Positions 39,274-50,774 of a stretch of DNA of 64,000 nt are shown one piece after another. The translations under genes were made by a program, and so were the position numbers. Source of the DNA: Vicinamibacteria bacterium (GTDB taxonomy: Bacteria; Acidobacteriota; Vicinamibacteria; Marinacidobacterales; Marinacidobacteraceae); the NCBI GenBank assembly GCA_965199715.1, contig OZ241322.1:1408001-1472000 (forward strand), in the 5' to 3' direction. The notes beneath the pieces were generated by a model that searched no databases, was not told where the DNA came from, and was given only the letters and a program-made list of their open reading frames with translations. Every line of letters begins with the position of its first letter. The first letter of the stretch is position 1.

Positions 39274-39279
39274 ATTATA
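39274..39279 (-). promoter_or_regulatory. -10 box TATAAT for tRNA-Pro/Arg/His operon
   Basis: Perfect TATAAT 14 nt upstream of tRNA-Pro. Confidence 0.6.
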
Positions 39280-39865
39280 GGAGCTTCCCCTCGACCGCGG
39301 CCGTCAGGAACCGCAGCGTCCGGCGCAGCGCGGCGCCCCGGTGGCTGATCGCCTCCTTCTCGCGACAAGGCAGCTCGGCCATGGTCCTTCCGAGGTCCGT
39401 CTCGAAGATCGGGTCGTACCCGAATCCGCCCGATCCCCGGGGCGCGGCCGCGATCCGGCCCTCGACGGTCCCGGTCGCCCGGAAGAGGATCCGGCCCCGC
39501 GCCGCGACCGCCATCGCCGAGCGGTAGCGCGCGGTCCGCGCGCGGCCGGCGACCAGATCGAGGATCCGCCGGTTCTTCTCCGAGTACGGCGTATCCACCC
39601 CCATCCAGCGCGCCGAGCGCACCCCCGGTTCGCCCCCCAGCGCGTCCACCTCGAGGCCGGAGTCCTCGGCGAGCGTGGGCAGGCCGCTGGCCGCCGCGTA
39701 GTGGAGCGCCTTGATGCCGACGTTCGCGATGAAGCCCTCGCCGGTCTCCTCCGGCTCGACCGACTCCGCCGCAAGGAACCGCAGCTCCAGCGGGAGCGTC
39801 CCGAGCAGGCGGCGCATCTCACGCACCTTGCCCTCGTTGCCGGTGCCGAGGAGGAGCGCGGTCAC
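39275..39865 (-). CDS. rdgB: Non-canonical purine NTP pyrophosphatase (Ham1)
   Basis: TGNEGK, EDSGL, GFGYDPIF, SHRG. Confidence 0.92.
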   Translation of the reverse strand: MTALLLGTGNEGKVREMRRLLGTLPLELRFLAAESVEPEETGEGFIANVGIKALHYAAASGLPTLAEDSGLEVDALGGEPGVRSARWMGVDTPYSEKNRRILDLVAGRARTARYRSAMAVAARGRILFRATGTVEGRIAAAPRGSGGFGYDPIFETDLGRTMAELPCREKEAISHRGAALRRTLRFLTAAVEGKLL

Positions 39866-40584
39866 TCGGGCAGCGGGATCCCGGCGAGCGCGGTCCGCTG
39901 CCGGTTCGCCAGCGCCGCGATCCCGGTCGCCGCCGCGTCCAGCATCTCGTTCAGCAGCGCCCGTCCGAACGGGCGCCCCTCGGCGTTCCCCTGGACCTCG
40001 ATCAGGTCGCCGTCCGCGGTCTGCACCACGTTCAGGTCCACGTCCGCCGCGGCGTCCTCGGCGTAGTCCAGGTCAAGCAGCACCTCGCCCCGGACCACCC
40101 CCACGCTGACCGCGGCGACCTGCCGGCGCAGGAGCGCGCCGGGCAGCGCGCGGCGGCGGCGCGCGTCCTCGAGCAGCAGCGCGAGGGCGACGAACCCGCC
40201 GGTGATGGCCGCGGTCCGGGTTCCGCCGTCGGCTTCGATCACGTCGCAGTCGATCCGGATCGTTCGCTCGCCGATTCCCGCGAGGTCCAGCCCCGCTCGC
40301 AGCGAGCGTCCGATCAGCCGCTGGATCTCGGTCCCCCGCCCCGACGGGCCGCGCCCGATCCGCTCGTCGGAGGAGCGCGGCAGCATCGCGTACTCGGCGG
40401 TGAGCCAGCCGCGTCCCTTCCCCTTAAGCCAATCGGGCGGACGCTCGTCGAATCCCGCCGCGCAGAGCACCCGCGTTCCGCCCTGGCGGATCAGGGCCGA
40501 ACCCGGAGTCCGGGCGAGGAATCCCGTCTGGACGCCCACCGGCCGGATCTCGAGCGGGCCGCGTCCGCCGGCGCGCGCGCTCAC
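39862..40584 (-). CDS. rph: Ribonuclease PH
   Basis: GWLTAEYAMLP, EIQRLIGRSLR, ADGGTRTA, DLDYAED. Confidence 0.95.
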   Translation of the reverse strand: MSARAGGRGPLEIRPVGVQTGFLARTPGSALIRQGGTRVLCAAGFDERPPDWLKGKGRGWLTAEYAMLPRSSDERIGRGPSGRGTEIQRLIGRSLRAGLDLAGIGERTIRIDCDVIEADGGTRTAAITGGFVALALLLEDARRRRALPGALLRRQVAAVSVGVVRGEVLLDLDYAEDAAADVDLNVVQTADGDLIEVQGNAEGRPFGRALLNEMLDAAATGIAALANRQRTALAGIPLPE

Positions 40585-41111
40585 GGCCCCTCCAGCAGGC
40601 GCTCGGGGGCGAGCCCGAACCCGGCGGCGAGATCGAGGTGGCCGGCGAGCGTGGGCGGCGAACGTCCCTCCACCGCGAAGCGAACCTCGGCGATCGCGGG
40701 GAAGCTCGCGACCAGCGAGTGGCTCAGGCTGTACACCGTGAGCTCCTCGGCGAACAGGCCGCCCGGATGTCCCTCCAGCAGGTCGCCGCTGAAGTTCACG
40801 ACGGCCACGCCCCGGCCGCTGACGAACACGTCGAGGATGCGAGTGTTCTCCGGGAAGGCTCCCGATTCGGCGACGAGGCGCCGGGCGAGGTTCTGGGCTC
40901 GAGACCGGGTGGTGAGCCCGCCTTCCAGCTCGACCTCGCGGGTCCGGAGGCGGCCGCCCGGCCCGATGTCGCAAAGCACGCCGGTCTCGATCTCGATCGG
41001 CTCCGGCTCCAGAGCCGACGCCTCGGGGATCGGCTCCGGCTCGGGTTCCGGCGGAGCTTCGGGCGAGCACCCGGCGAGGAGCAGCGCGGCGAGCGCGGCG
41101 CGGGCGTTCAT
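40581..41111 (-). CDS. GerMN-domain lipoprotein
   Basis: Lipobox LAGC; EELTVYSL, TLAGHLDL; amidase-GerMN-rph synteny. Confidence 0.8.
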   Translation of the reverse strand: MNARAALAALLLAGCSPEAPPEPEPEPIPEASALEPEPIEIETGVLCDIGPGGRLRTREVELEGGLTTRSRAQNLARRLVAESGAFPENTRILDVFVSGRGVAVVNFSGDLLEGHPGGLFAEELTVYSLSHSLVASFPAIAEVRFAVEGRSPPTLAGHLDLAAGFGLAPERLLEGP

Positions 41112-42541
41112 TCGGAGCCGCCGGTGCCGCGCGGACCGGCGATCAGGCTCCGATACCGCAGCAGGCCCTCGGCCAGCGCCGTCGCCGCCCGCCGGGCGAA
41201 ATTGGGCCGGGCGAGGCGGGCCCGATCCGCCGAAGAGGTGAGGAACCCGAGTTCGACCTGGACCGCCGGCATCGCGGCGCGCCCGAGCACGAGCACCGGC
41301 GCTCCGGCTACGTCGCGGGCCGGGACGTCGAGCGCCCCGAGCTCGGCGAGCAACGCCTCGGCGAGTCGCCGCGACTCCGGGGCCCACGGAAGCTGCGAGT
41401 CTTCCCAGCGCACGAAGGAGGCCGGGTCGGGGGTCGCGGCCCGCCCCGAGCGGCTGGGCGCGTAGAAGTACACGTAGCTTCCCGACGCGCCGCCGGCCAT
41501 CGAGGCGTTCGCGTGGAGGCTCACCATGACGTCGGCGCGGGCGGCGTTCGCGAAGGCCGCCCGGTCGTCGGCCTGGACGGCGCGATCCTGGTCCCGCGTC
41601 AGGATCGCCCGCAGGCCGTACTCGCTCTGGAGCACGTCCTGGAGCTCCCGCGCCACGAGGAGCGCGAGATCCTTCTCGGCGAGGCCGCCCGCGCCCACGA
41701 CCCCCGAGTCCGGGCCGCCGTGGCCGGGGTCGATCACGACCGTGCGAATGCCGCGGGGCAGCGGCGCGCTGCGCTGCCGGGGAGCCTCGGGCGCCTCGTT
41801 CGTGAGACGGTCGCCGGCGCTCACCGCGGCCCGCAGCAGGTCGAACTGGATCCCGCCGGGCACGTTCCGCCGCACCGTCCGCCCGTAGTTGGGGCCAGTC
41901 TCCACCTCGATCGCGTAGTCGCGCCCGCGGCGGCGCAGGCGGACTTCCTCGACGACGCCGTCGCGGGGCGACTCGCCCGCGAACTGCGTCTCGAGGAACG
42001 GAACCGGAATCGGCACGAGGACGAAGCCCTCGACCTCCTGCGCCCCGAGCGGCACGGCGGGGTCGGTGCGCACGGTGACGCGGGTCGCCCCCGGCGTGCG
42101 CGAGACGTCCACCATCAGCCGGGTGCTCGCGCCGCGGAACAGGATGCGCTCGCGGGGGTCGAAGTCGCTGTCGCCGGGAAGCACGTCGGGCAGCACCCGC
42201 GCCACGAAGTCGAACGGGACCATCCAGTCGCCGCCAACCACCCGGCTGGGCTCCCGCAGCACCCGCATCCGGCCCTCGACGGTCACGAAGCTGCGGTCCC
42301 GGTCGAAGCGGGCGATCCGGTCGCCGACCTGGAGCAGCCCCGGCCCGTCGGCGCCGGCGTCCCTGAACGACCCGCCGAGCGCCGCCGCCAGATCGGCGAG
42401 AACGAGCATCTCGGCGCCGCCCACGCTTCGGACCTCGACCTCGCGCGTCGCCTCCGCGGTCACCACTCGCAGGGGCCGCGGCGGCTGGAGCGCCGGCGAA
42501 GCCGCGAGAAGGCACAGGAACAGCGCGGCGTCGGGACGCAT
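41108..42541 (-). CDS. N-acetylmuramoyl-L-alanine amidase (Amidase_3)
   Basis: VIDPGHGG, EK, LTR, SLHAN, VELGF; signal peptide. Confidence 0.9.
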   Translation of the reverse strand: MRPDAALFLCLLAASPALQPPRPLRVVTAEATREVEVRSVGGAEMLVLADLAAALGGSFRDAGADGPGLLQVGDRIARFDRDRSFVTVEGRMRVLREPSRVVGGDWMVPFDFVARVLPDVLPGDSDFDPRERILFRGASTRLMVDVSRTPGATRVTVRTDPAVPLGAQEVEGFVLVPIPVPFLETQFAGESPRDGVVEEVRLRRRGRDYAIEVETGPNYGRTVRRNVPGGIQFDLLRAAVSAGDRLTNEAPEAPRQRSAPLPRGIRTVVIDPGHGGPDSGVVGAGGLAEKDLALLVARELQDVLQSEYGLRAILTRDQDRAVQADDRAAFANAARADVMVSLHANASMAGGASGSYVYFYAPSRSGRAATPDPASFVRWEDSQLPWAPESRRLAEALLAELGALDVPARDVAGAPVLVLGRAAMPAVQVELGFLTSSADRARLARPNFARRAATALAEGLLRYRSLIAGPRGTGGSE

Positions 42542-42578
42542 GAGACAGCCGTTCCGGGAGGATAACCTTCGCGCCAAC

Positions 42579-43901
<1,323 letters not shown>

Positions 43902-43903
43902 AC

Positions 43904-44698
43904 GTGCGGATTTCGAAGGAGCTCTGCGTCGGCTGCGGCAACTGCGTCGCCGTGTGCCCGGTCTCGGCGATCCGGGTCGGCGACGACGGACGCGCCTTCG
44001 TCGAGAGCGACCAGTGCGTCGAGTGCTTCACCTGCTACCGCAACCTGAGCACCGAGAAGCTGAACCCGAGCCTCGTCCGCGGGTTCCGGAAGATGCTCTC
44101 GTGGTTCCGGCTGCGTTTCGACCCGGAGCCGGACGTGTGCCCCACCTCGGCGATCGAGCCCGAGGAGCTCGCGTGGCCGCGCGTGGTGCGCCGCGCGTTC
44201 AGCGATCCGCTCGTCTCGCACGAGGCCACCGGGGTGCACGGGCGGGGCACCGAGGAAGTCAAGACCAACGACGTCACGGGGCGGGTCTCGGTGGGCGAGT
44301 GCGGGATGACCGTCGAGTTCGGGCGGCCGGGCGTGTCGGCGACCTTCGCCGACATGGACCGGGTCACGAGGAAGCTGGCGTCGATCGGGGTCCGCTTCGA
44401 GAAGCGCAACCCGGTCACCGCGATGATGCCCGATCCGGAAACCGGCGCGATCCGCGAGGACCTGCTCGGCGAGCGGGTGCTCTCGGCGATCGTCGAGATC
44501 AAGATCCAGATGGAGCGGGTTCCCGAAGTGCTGCGGGCCGTCGAGGAAGCGGCGCGCGAGTCGGAGACGATCATCTCGGTGGGCGCCTCCACCCGCTGCG
44601 GCCCGGACGGGCAGGACGATCTCGGGGCGCTTCTCGCCGAAGCCGGCCATTCCCCGATCCGGGGCAAGACCAACCTCGGGCTCGGGCGCGCCGGTTGA
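43904..44698 (+). CDS. 2x[4Fe-4S] ferredoxin fused to uncharacterised domain (CTG 43898 is an alternative start)
   Basis: CVGCGNCVAVCP, CVECFTC...VCP, GRGTEEVKTNDVTGR, EFGRPG. Confidence 0.8.
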   Translation: MRISKELCVGCGNCVAVCPVSAIRVGDDGRAFVESDQCVECFTCYRNLSTEKLNPSLVRGFRKMLSWFRLRFDPEPDVCPTSAIEPEELAWPRVVRRAFSDPLVSHEATGVHGRGTEEVKTNDVTGRVSVGECGMTVEFGRPGVSATFADMDRVTRKLASIGVRFEKRNPVTAMMPDPETGAIREDLLGERVLSAIVEIKIQMERVPEVLRAVEEAARESETIISVGASTRCGPDGQDDLGALLAEAGHSPIRGKTNLGLGRAG

Positions 44699-45432
44699 GC
44701 GACCCGGCGGAGCTTCTCGCCCGGGCCCGCCGGATCGTCGGGTTCACCGGCGCCGGAATCTCGACCGAGTCGGGGGTGCCCGACTTCCGCAGCCCCGACG
44801 GGGTCTGGGCGAGGAACCGGACGGTGACGTTCCAGGAATTTCTCGCGAGCGAGGCCGATCGGATCGAGTACTGGCGGCAGAAGGCCGCGGCGTGGCCGGC
44901 GATGCGCGACGCGGCCCCGAACGCCGGGCACCGGGCCTTCGCGACGCTCGAGGAGCAAGGACGCCTGCTCGCGCTCGTCACCCAGAACATCGACGGCCTC
45001 CACCAGCGGGCCGGGGCGCCGCCCGACAAGGTGCTGGAGCTGCACGGCACGACGGCGGAAGCCGGATGCCTCGACTGCGGCCGGCGCATCTCGATGGACG
45101 AGGCCTGCCGCCGCGTCGCAGCCGGCGAGCGCGCGCCCCGGTGCCGGGAGTGCGGCGGTCTCCTGAAGCCGGCGACGGTCTCGTTCGGTCAGGCGCTTCC
45201 CTGGGAGGTCCTCGTCGAGACGCAGCGCGCCGCCGAACGCTGCGACCTGATGCTCGTGGTCGGCTCGTCGCTCGTGGTGGAGCCCGCGGCGTCGATCCCG
45301 CGCCTTGCGAAGGCGAGCGGCGCGCGCCTCGTGATCGTGAACCGGGACCCCACGCCGCTCGACCGAATCGCCAACGCGGTGGTCTCCGGCGAGATCGGCG
45401 ACGCGCTGCCGGAGCTGGTCAGCCTTCCCTGA
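44695..45432 (+). CDS. Sir2-family NAD-dependent deacylase (CobB-like)
   Basis: GAGISTESGVPDFR, TQNIDGLH, HG, CxxC...CxxC, GSSL. Confidence 0.92.
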   Translation: MSDPAELLARARRIVGFTGAGISTESGVPDFRSPDGVWARNRTVTFQEFLASEADRIEYWRQKAAAWPAMRDAAPNAGHRAFATLEEQGRLLALVTQNIDGLHQRAGAPPDKVLELHGTTAEAGCLDCGRRISMDEACRRVAAGERAPRCRECGGLLKPATVSFGQALPWEVLVETQRAAERCDLMLVVGSSLVVEPAASIPRLAKASGARLVIVNRDPTPLDRIANAVVSGEIGDALPELVSLP

Positions 45433-46078
45433 GAATCCGGCAGGCGCGGGTCGTGTTGAAGATCCCGCACGAGCAGAAGCGCGCCATGGCCTCGGCGCAC
45501 TCCTGCGGTTCGCGGCGGCCGGTGCGGACCCAGTCGAGCATCTTGCGGGCGAAGCCGAACGAGAGCATCCCGTGCCCGCACATCGTCGAGAGCTGCAGCG
45601 TGGCCCGGTCGGGCAAGCGATCGAGGTTGCCGAAGAAACCGAGCGAGTACTCGACGCTGTGGCGCACGATCCCGGCCTCCCGCGCGAGTTCCTCGGCGCG
45701 TCCGGTGAGGCCGCTCACGTTCACCGAGATGCCGAGATCGGCATTCTTCAGGTCGGCGAGGAAGGCCACGAGCGCGTCCTCCGCATCGAAGACGGCGGAC
45801 ACGACGGTGGGCGCCCGGACCCCGGCCCGGATCGCCTCCTTCTTCAGCCGGCGCCGGCGCCGCCAGTGGGCCAGCGGGTTCAGCCTCGAGGATCGGAAAA
45901 TCCCGCCGCGGGTCGCGTCGCCGAGGTTGATCGGCCGGTGCCGCATCGCGATCTCGGTGAAGCGCTGGAGCTTCTCCACCGAGCCCTCGTCGTTGATCCC
46001 GCGGGCGGGCATCGCGAAGACGATGTAGTCGTCCTTCAGGCTCGCCGCCGAGCCGTAGCGGTGGAGAGTGTTCGTCAC
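45419..46078 (-). CDS. Hypothetical protein with STMCGHG and CSCGIFN Cys motifs
   Basis: GTG start MTNTLHRYG; TATGCT box 8 nt upstream. Confidence 0.7.
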   Translation of the reverse strand: MTNTLHRYGSAASLKDDYIVFAMPARGINDEGSVEKLQRFTEIAMRHRPINLGDATRGGIFRSSRLNPLAHWRRRRRLKKEAIRAGVRAPTVVSAVFDAEDALVAFLADLKNADLGISVNVSGLTGRAEELAREAGIVRHSVEYSLGFFGNLDRLPDRATLQLSTMCGHGMLSFGFARKMLDWVRTGRREPQECAEAMARFCSCGIFNTTRACRILREG

Positions 46079-46100
46079 GCCCTTCCAGCATAATCCGGGC

Positions 46101-47366
46101 GTGGCCCGGCAGTGGATTCCGGTGGAAGGGGTCGGACCCGCTCCCGAAGGCGACTGGAGCGGCGGCTGGGCGGGACGCCGGGGCGATTTCGCGTGGGAGC
46201 TGACCCTCGGAACCGACGCCGAACTGCCATGGATCGAGAACGCGGTCACGCCGCCGTCGGTCCCCGACTTGGCGCTCCATCTCCATGAACTGCCTGAGCT
46301 TCCCGCCGGCGCGCTCTGGCTTCCGGGTTTCCATCGGGCGTTTCCCTGCCGGGCCTCGGGAAAGGGCGCCCCCCGCATCCCGACGATCGCGACCCCCGAG
46401 TACCTGCTCGCCCGCCTCCAGCGGCTCGGAGCGCGGAACGTCCTCGCGACCGCCGACGAGGGCGAACTGCTGCTGCGGGCCGGAGAGGTCTTCGCCGGGC
46501 GCGGCCCCGCTTGCCGCTTCACGGTGCGCCGAAGACCGGGTCCGCCAGCCGAGCGCCCTGGACCGTCAGCGCCGGCCGGCGGGTCGTTCGCGCTCCACGA
46601 TCTGGACCCGCGCATCCGCGCCCGAGTCCTGCACGCAGCTCCGTGGACCGCGGTCAACCGGCTGCTCCTCGGCGTGGAGCTCAAGAAGCCTGCTGCGGCG
46701 GCGCAGGCGTTCGAGGCGGCGATCGAGATCGACCCCGAGTACGCGGCGGCGCACTTCGAGCTCGGCAAGACCAAGATCCAACTCGACGATCTGGAAGGGG
46801 CGCTCCAATCGTTCCTCCGGGCTGCCGACCTGCTGCCGGAGTTCGCGTCGGCGTGGGCGAACGCCGGAGCCGCGCTCGGCGAACTCGAGCGAACTGAGGA
46901 GGCGCTGGAGCCGCTCGAACGCGCAGCGAAACTGGACCCGCTGAACCACAGCTTCGTCTCGAACATCGGGGTCACCCAGCGCGATCTGGGATGGCTCGAG
47001 GAATCCGAGGCGACGTTCCGCCGAGCGCTCGCACTCGCCCCCGATTTCGTGTTCGGCACGTACAACCTCGCGAACGTCGTGTACCTGCGGGGCCGCCACG
47101 GCGAGGCGGTGGAGCTCTTCGAGGACGCGAGGGAGCGCGACCCCGGAAAGTCCTCCCGGCAAGGGCTGCTGCTCGCGGTCGCCCGGCTCGCCGCCGGCGA
47201 CGAGGAAGGGGCGCTCCGGATGTACGCCGAGGTCTTCGATTCGCTTGAGGGCCAGATGAAGCTGGATATGCGGACGGTGGCCGAATGGGACTTGAAGGGC
47301 CTCGCCCGCCGAATGGGCGTCATCCCCGGGTTCCGCCAAGCGGCGGAGCTGGTCCGCAGCGTCTAG
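46101..47366 (+). CDS. Tetratricopeptide-repeat protein (start uncertain)
   Basis: Several TPR units (AIEIDPEYAAAHFELG, ALALAPDFVFGTYNLA). Confidence 0.75.
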   Translation: MARQWIPVEGVGPAPEGDWSGGWAGRRGDFAWELTLGTDAELPWIENAVTPPSVPDLALHLHELPELPAGALWLPGFHRAFPCRASGKGAPRIPTIATPEYLLARLQRLGARNVLATADEGELLLRAGEVFAGRGPACRFTVRRRPGPPAERPGPSAPAGGSFALHDLDPRIRARVLHAAPWTAVNRLLLGVELKKPAAAAQAFEAAIEIDPEYAAAHFELGKTKIQLDDLEGALQSFLRAADLLPEFASAWANAGAALGELERTEEALEPLERAAKLDPLNHSFVSNIGVTQRDLGWLEESEATFRRALALAPDFVFGTYNLANVVYLRGRHGEAVELFEDARERDPGKSSRQGLLLAVARLAAGDEEGALRMYAEVFDSLEGQMKLDMRTVAEWDLKGLARRMGVIPGFRQAAELVRSV

Positions 47367-47378
47367 GCTCACCGGCCC

Positions 47379-47690
47379 GTGACCATCTTCGACTCGTGTC
47401 GTCCACGCGCGGATGTCCTCGCGGGCAACGTCATCGACGCGGACTTCGCGGCCGATCTGGCGGCCGTCGTGAATGGAACGGGTCCGGCTGACTACGTCGA
47501 TCCGAAGCGATTCTTCGCGAACACCTACCCGACGCGGGGGCTCAAGGATCTGCTGGCGAACGTCTGCCGCCGGCTCAGCGGCGCGGGCGGCGCTCCCGAG
47601 GAGTTCGCCGATAGCCTCGCCCAGCATCTGAACCGGCTCACGAGGGGAGCCGCGAACATCCGCGCCCTGGCGGAGGCCACGTGTCCATGA
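47379..47690 (+). pseudogene. N-terminal remnant of a DUF499-type AAA+ ATPase
   Basis: PRADVL.G...DFAADL..V......YVDPKRFFANTYPTRGLKDLL..VCRRLSG; ends before any Walker A. Confidence 0.65.
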
Positions 47691-47968
47691 CGCAGCGACG
47701 AGGGCGCCCTTCCCCGGTACGAACGGTGCGCCCGGCGCCGCGTTTCCCGCGAAACCGAGTGCTGGATCTGGCAGCTTCCGGCCCCCGCCCAGCACCACGG
47801 GAAGACGAGCAGGCGAGTCGCCGACCTTCGGGGCCACAGTCTGGAAATCGTGGAGCACCGCGTCCTCAAGCCGAGGGCGGAGCTCGCCGAGCGGGAACGC
47901 TGATCGCGTTTGACTTGGGCGGCGGCCGGCGGTAAAAGGACGAATTCCCCCACGGAGGCGCTGACCCG

Positions 47969-49420
47969 ATGATCCCCGCGAAATCCGCGACCCTTTCGGT
48001 CCTCGCCGCCGGCCTACTGCTGCTCGTCGGCCCCACCGTCGCGCAGGAAGAGGAGCAGAAGCCGCCCGAGGGGCAGACGCATCCGCTCCTCGAGCCGCAC
48101 GACGTGCTCAACGAGTTCGGCGTGATGAGCTCGTCGGGCCATAACGACGGCGGTTGGGCGCTGCCGCCCGAGCTCCGGGTTCCCGAGCAGTACCAGTACC
48201 GCCGCCGGGACCAGCAGTTGCGGGAGGTCGATCTGACCGGGAACCAGCTCCCGCCCGTGCTGACCGAGATGCGGGTGCTCTCGAAGGAGGTCGAGGCGGG
48301 CGGCGAGGTCCGCGCCATCGCCCGCGTGGTTTCGCCGTACAACAAGGCCCAGTCGTTCGTCTCGCTGTTCTACAACCGGGAGCTCGGGCGGGCGGCGACG
48401 ATGTACGTGAACTTCCAGCCGCACGACGAGGACGAGACGCTCTTCCTCGGCCGGGGCAAGCTCTCGCGCTACGCCGCGCCGGGGCGCTACGTGGTCGGAA
48501 CCACGATCATCGCCGACCGGGTCGGCGACCGGAAGGCGTACTGGGCCGACTTCCACAAGGCCATGCAGGAGGAGGACGGCTCCCCGATCGGGTTCGAGGT
48601 TCCCGAAAACGACACCTTCGACATCCAGGCGCCCACGCTCGACTGGGTGAAGGTGGACACCGAGCGGGTGCGGGCCGGCGGCGGCCTCATCCACTACAGC
48701 GTAATGGCCAGCGACAACAAGTCGGGAGCCACCGAGGCGGAGACCCAGTGGGTGTCCCCGACCGGCTACCACCAGATCCGCTCCACGATGGTCATGGCCG
48801 GCGGCACGCCGGGCCTGTTCCGGGGCGTCCTCCAGATCCCCCGGTGGTACGAGGGCGGCGAGTGGCAGCTCATGCGCGTCTCGCTCAAGGACGACGCGAC
48901 CAACATCCGCTACTACTTCAACCGCACCGAGCCGCTCATGGACGGAGCCGTGGTGCAGGTCGAGCAGGAGCGGGAAATGATCGACCAGCAGCCCGCCAAG
49001 GTGCTCGCGGTCCAGTTCAGCAAGAACGAGGCGAAGCTGGGCGAACGGGTCGGCCTGACGGTGCTCGCCGAGGACAACCTGTCGGGCGTCTTCGGGATCG
49101 AGGGCTACGTCCGGTCGCCGAACGGGGCCGACGCGGTGAAGGTGAAGCTCAGGAGCATGACGCCGGAAGCCGGCGAATTCGTGGACGTGAACCGCCCGTC
49201 GAAGCTGCCGGAGCCGAACATCTGGACGGGCACCTTCACCGTCACCGACACCATGGAGTGGGGCGAATGGGAGCTGGTCCGGCTCGGAATCTCCGACGCC
49301 GCCCGGAACCTGTTCACCTACTACGAGGACCGCGACCCGGAGATCAACGGGATCACGGTCCGCTTCTACAATGACGAAGCCGACTCCAGCGGAGGCGGCG
49401 ACGAGGGGGATCCACGATGA
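47969..49420 (+). CDS. Secreted protein with three tandem Ig-like repeats
   Basis: Signal peptide, GGAGG RBS; repeats with (S/E)DN.SG, SP.G, G.W.L..v...D...N. Confidence 0.75.
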   Translation: MIPAKSATLSVLAAGLLLLVGPTVAQEEEQKPPEGQTHPLLEPHDVLNEFGVMSSSGHNDGGWALPPELRVPEQYQYRRRDQQLREVDLTGNQLPPVLTEMRVLSKEVEAGGEVRAIARVVSPYNKAQSFVSLFYNRELGRAATMYVNFQPHDEDETLFLGRGKLSRYAAPGRYVVGTTIIADRVGDRKAYWADFHKAMQEEDGSPIGFEVPENDTFDIQAPTLDWVKVDTERVRAGGGLIHYSVMASDNKSGATEAETQWVSPTGYHQIRSTMVMAGGTPGLFRGVLQIPRWYEGGEWQLMRVSLKDDATNIRYYFNRTEPLMDGAVVQVEQEREMIDQQPAKVLAVQFSKNEAKLGERVGLTVLAEDNLSGVFGIEGYVRSPNGADAVKVKLRSMTPEAGEFVDVNRPSKLPEPNIWTGTFTVTDTMEWGEWELVRLGISDAARNLFTYYEDRDPEINGITVRFYNDEADSSGGGDEGDPR

Positions 49421-50745
49421 TCGACCGACGCGACTTCTTCAAACTCGGCGCGGCAGCCGGGGCGGGGGCGCTCCTCACCACCACGAACGCCGCCGGGAGC
49501 CCCATCGTCGAGGCCGGAGCGGGCATTCCGCAGGGCGGGATGATCCTGCCCGAGAACCCGGGCTTCAAGACGAAGCACCTCGTGACCGTGATCCTCGGCA
49601 ACGGGGCCCGCAAGAACGACGTCATCGACAATCCGGAGCACTCCCCGTTCCAGACGAAGATGGCGAAGGACGCCACGGTCTTCATGGAGGACTACGGCGA
49701 GACCGCGAACCTCCACGGGTACATGTACTCGGAGGTTCTCTGCGGAGTCGATGCGCCGGCCCAGCGCCCGCGCTACCCGACTTGGTGCGAGTACATCCGG
49801 AAGAAGGCCGGCGGCAAGGCCACCGACTTCTGGACCCTGCAGGGCGCGTCCTACTACCGGGCTTGGACCTGGGACGTGAAGCACTTCAGCCAGCACCCCG
49901 AGTACGGTGCGAAGCACGGCTCCACGAGCCTCACGATGAACCGCATCTTCTACCCGGAGCAGAAGCTCACCGGCGAGCAGATCGTGGACCTCAACGTGGA
50001 GAAGGGCCTCGGCCACACGCCGCAGGAACGCCAGCAGGTCGTGGACTTCATCGACGGCGTGCTCCAGAGCAAGTCCTACGTGCCCCCCTCGACCCGGGAG
50101 CCGGTCATCAATCGCGAGATCCCGTACGGCGACGCGCAGGTGCTGACGCTGGTCCCGCAGATCCTGAAGGAGTTCAAGCCGAAGTCGATCACGGCGCAGG
50201 TGCTCGCGCTCGACGACGCCCACGCCGACTTCGGATTCTGGGACTACAACACGGACTACTGGGAGTACATCAAGCACATCAAGACCACCGATGAGCTGAT
50301 CGGCAACCTGTGGAACGAGATCCAGTCCGATCCGTACCTTCGGGACACGACCGCGCTCGTGATCCGTCCCGAGTGCGGGCGCGACGACGAGGTGAACATC
50401 TACGGGCAGCTCGGCCACAGCCCGGGGAACTACTACGCCCACTACGTGTGGTTGATGGCTCTCGGGCCGGACTTCAAGAGGGGCCACACGGTCACCGAAC
50501 GGGTCCAGCGCCGGGACGTGGTTCCGACCCTGACGTACCTCATGTCGGGCGAGAACGCCGAGTACGCGACCGGGCACGTCCGTACCCAGATGTTCAAGGA
50601 CGAGTACAACCTGCCCGGATATATCCTTCCGCCGACCGCCGAGGTCAAGGAACCGGCGGTGGACTGGGAGAAGATCGTCGAGGAACGCCGGATGGCGGAG
50701 AAGGTGAAGGAATTCGCCCGCTCCACCGTCGGCTACGGCGACTGA
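49417..50745 (+). CDS. Tat-exported alkaline-phosphatase-superfamily-like protein
   Basis: DRRDFFK; LVTVILGNGAR, LDDAH, TDELIGNLW, RPECGRD, DVVPTL. Confidence 0.65.
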   Translation: MIDRRDFFKLGAAAGAGALLTTTNAAGSPIVEAGAGIPQGGMILPENPGFKTKHLVTVILGNGARKNDVIDNPEHSPFQTKMAKDATVFMEDYGETANLHGYMYSEVLCGVDAPAQRPRYPTWCEYIRKKAGGKATDFWTLQGASYYRAWTWDVKHFSQHPEYGAKHGSTSLTMNRIFYPEQKLTGEQIVDLNVEKGLGHTPQERQQVVDFIDGVLQSKSYVPPSTREPVINREIPYGDAQVLTLVPQILKEFKPKSITAQVLALDDAHADFGFWDYNTDYWEYIKHIKTTDELIGNLWNEIQSDPYLRDTTALVIRPECGRDDEVNIYGQLGHSPGNYYAHYVWLMALGPDFKRGHTVTERVQRRDVVPTLTYLMSGENAEYATGHVRTQMFKDEYNLPGYILPPTAEVKEPAVDWEKIVEERRMAEKVKEFARSTVGYGD

Positions 50746-50774
50746 CCCCCACCCCACCCCCAAGGAGACCCAAA

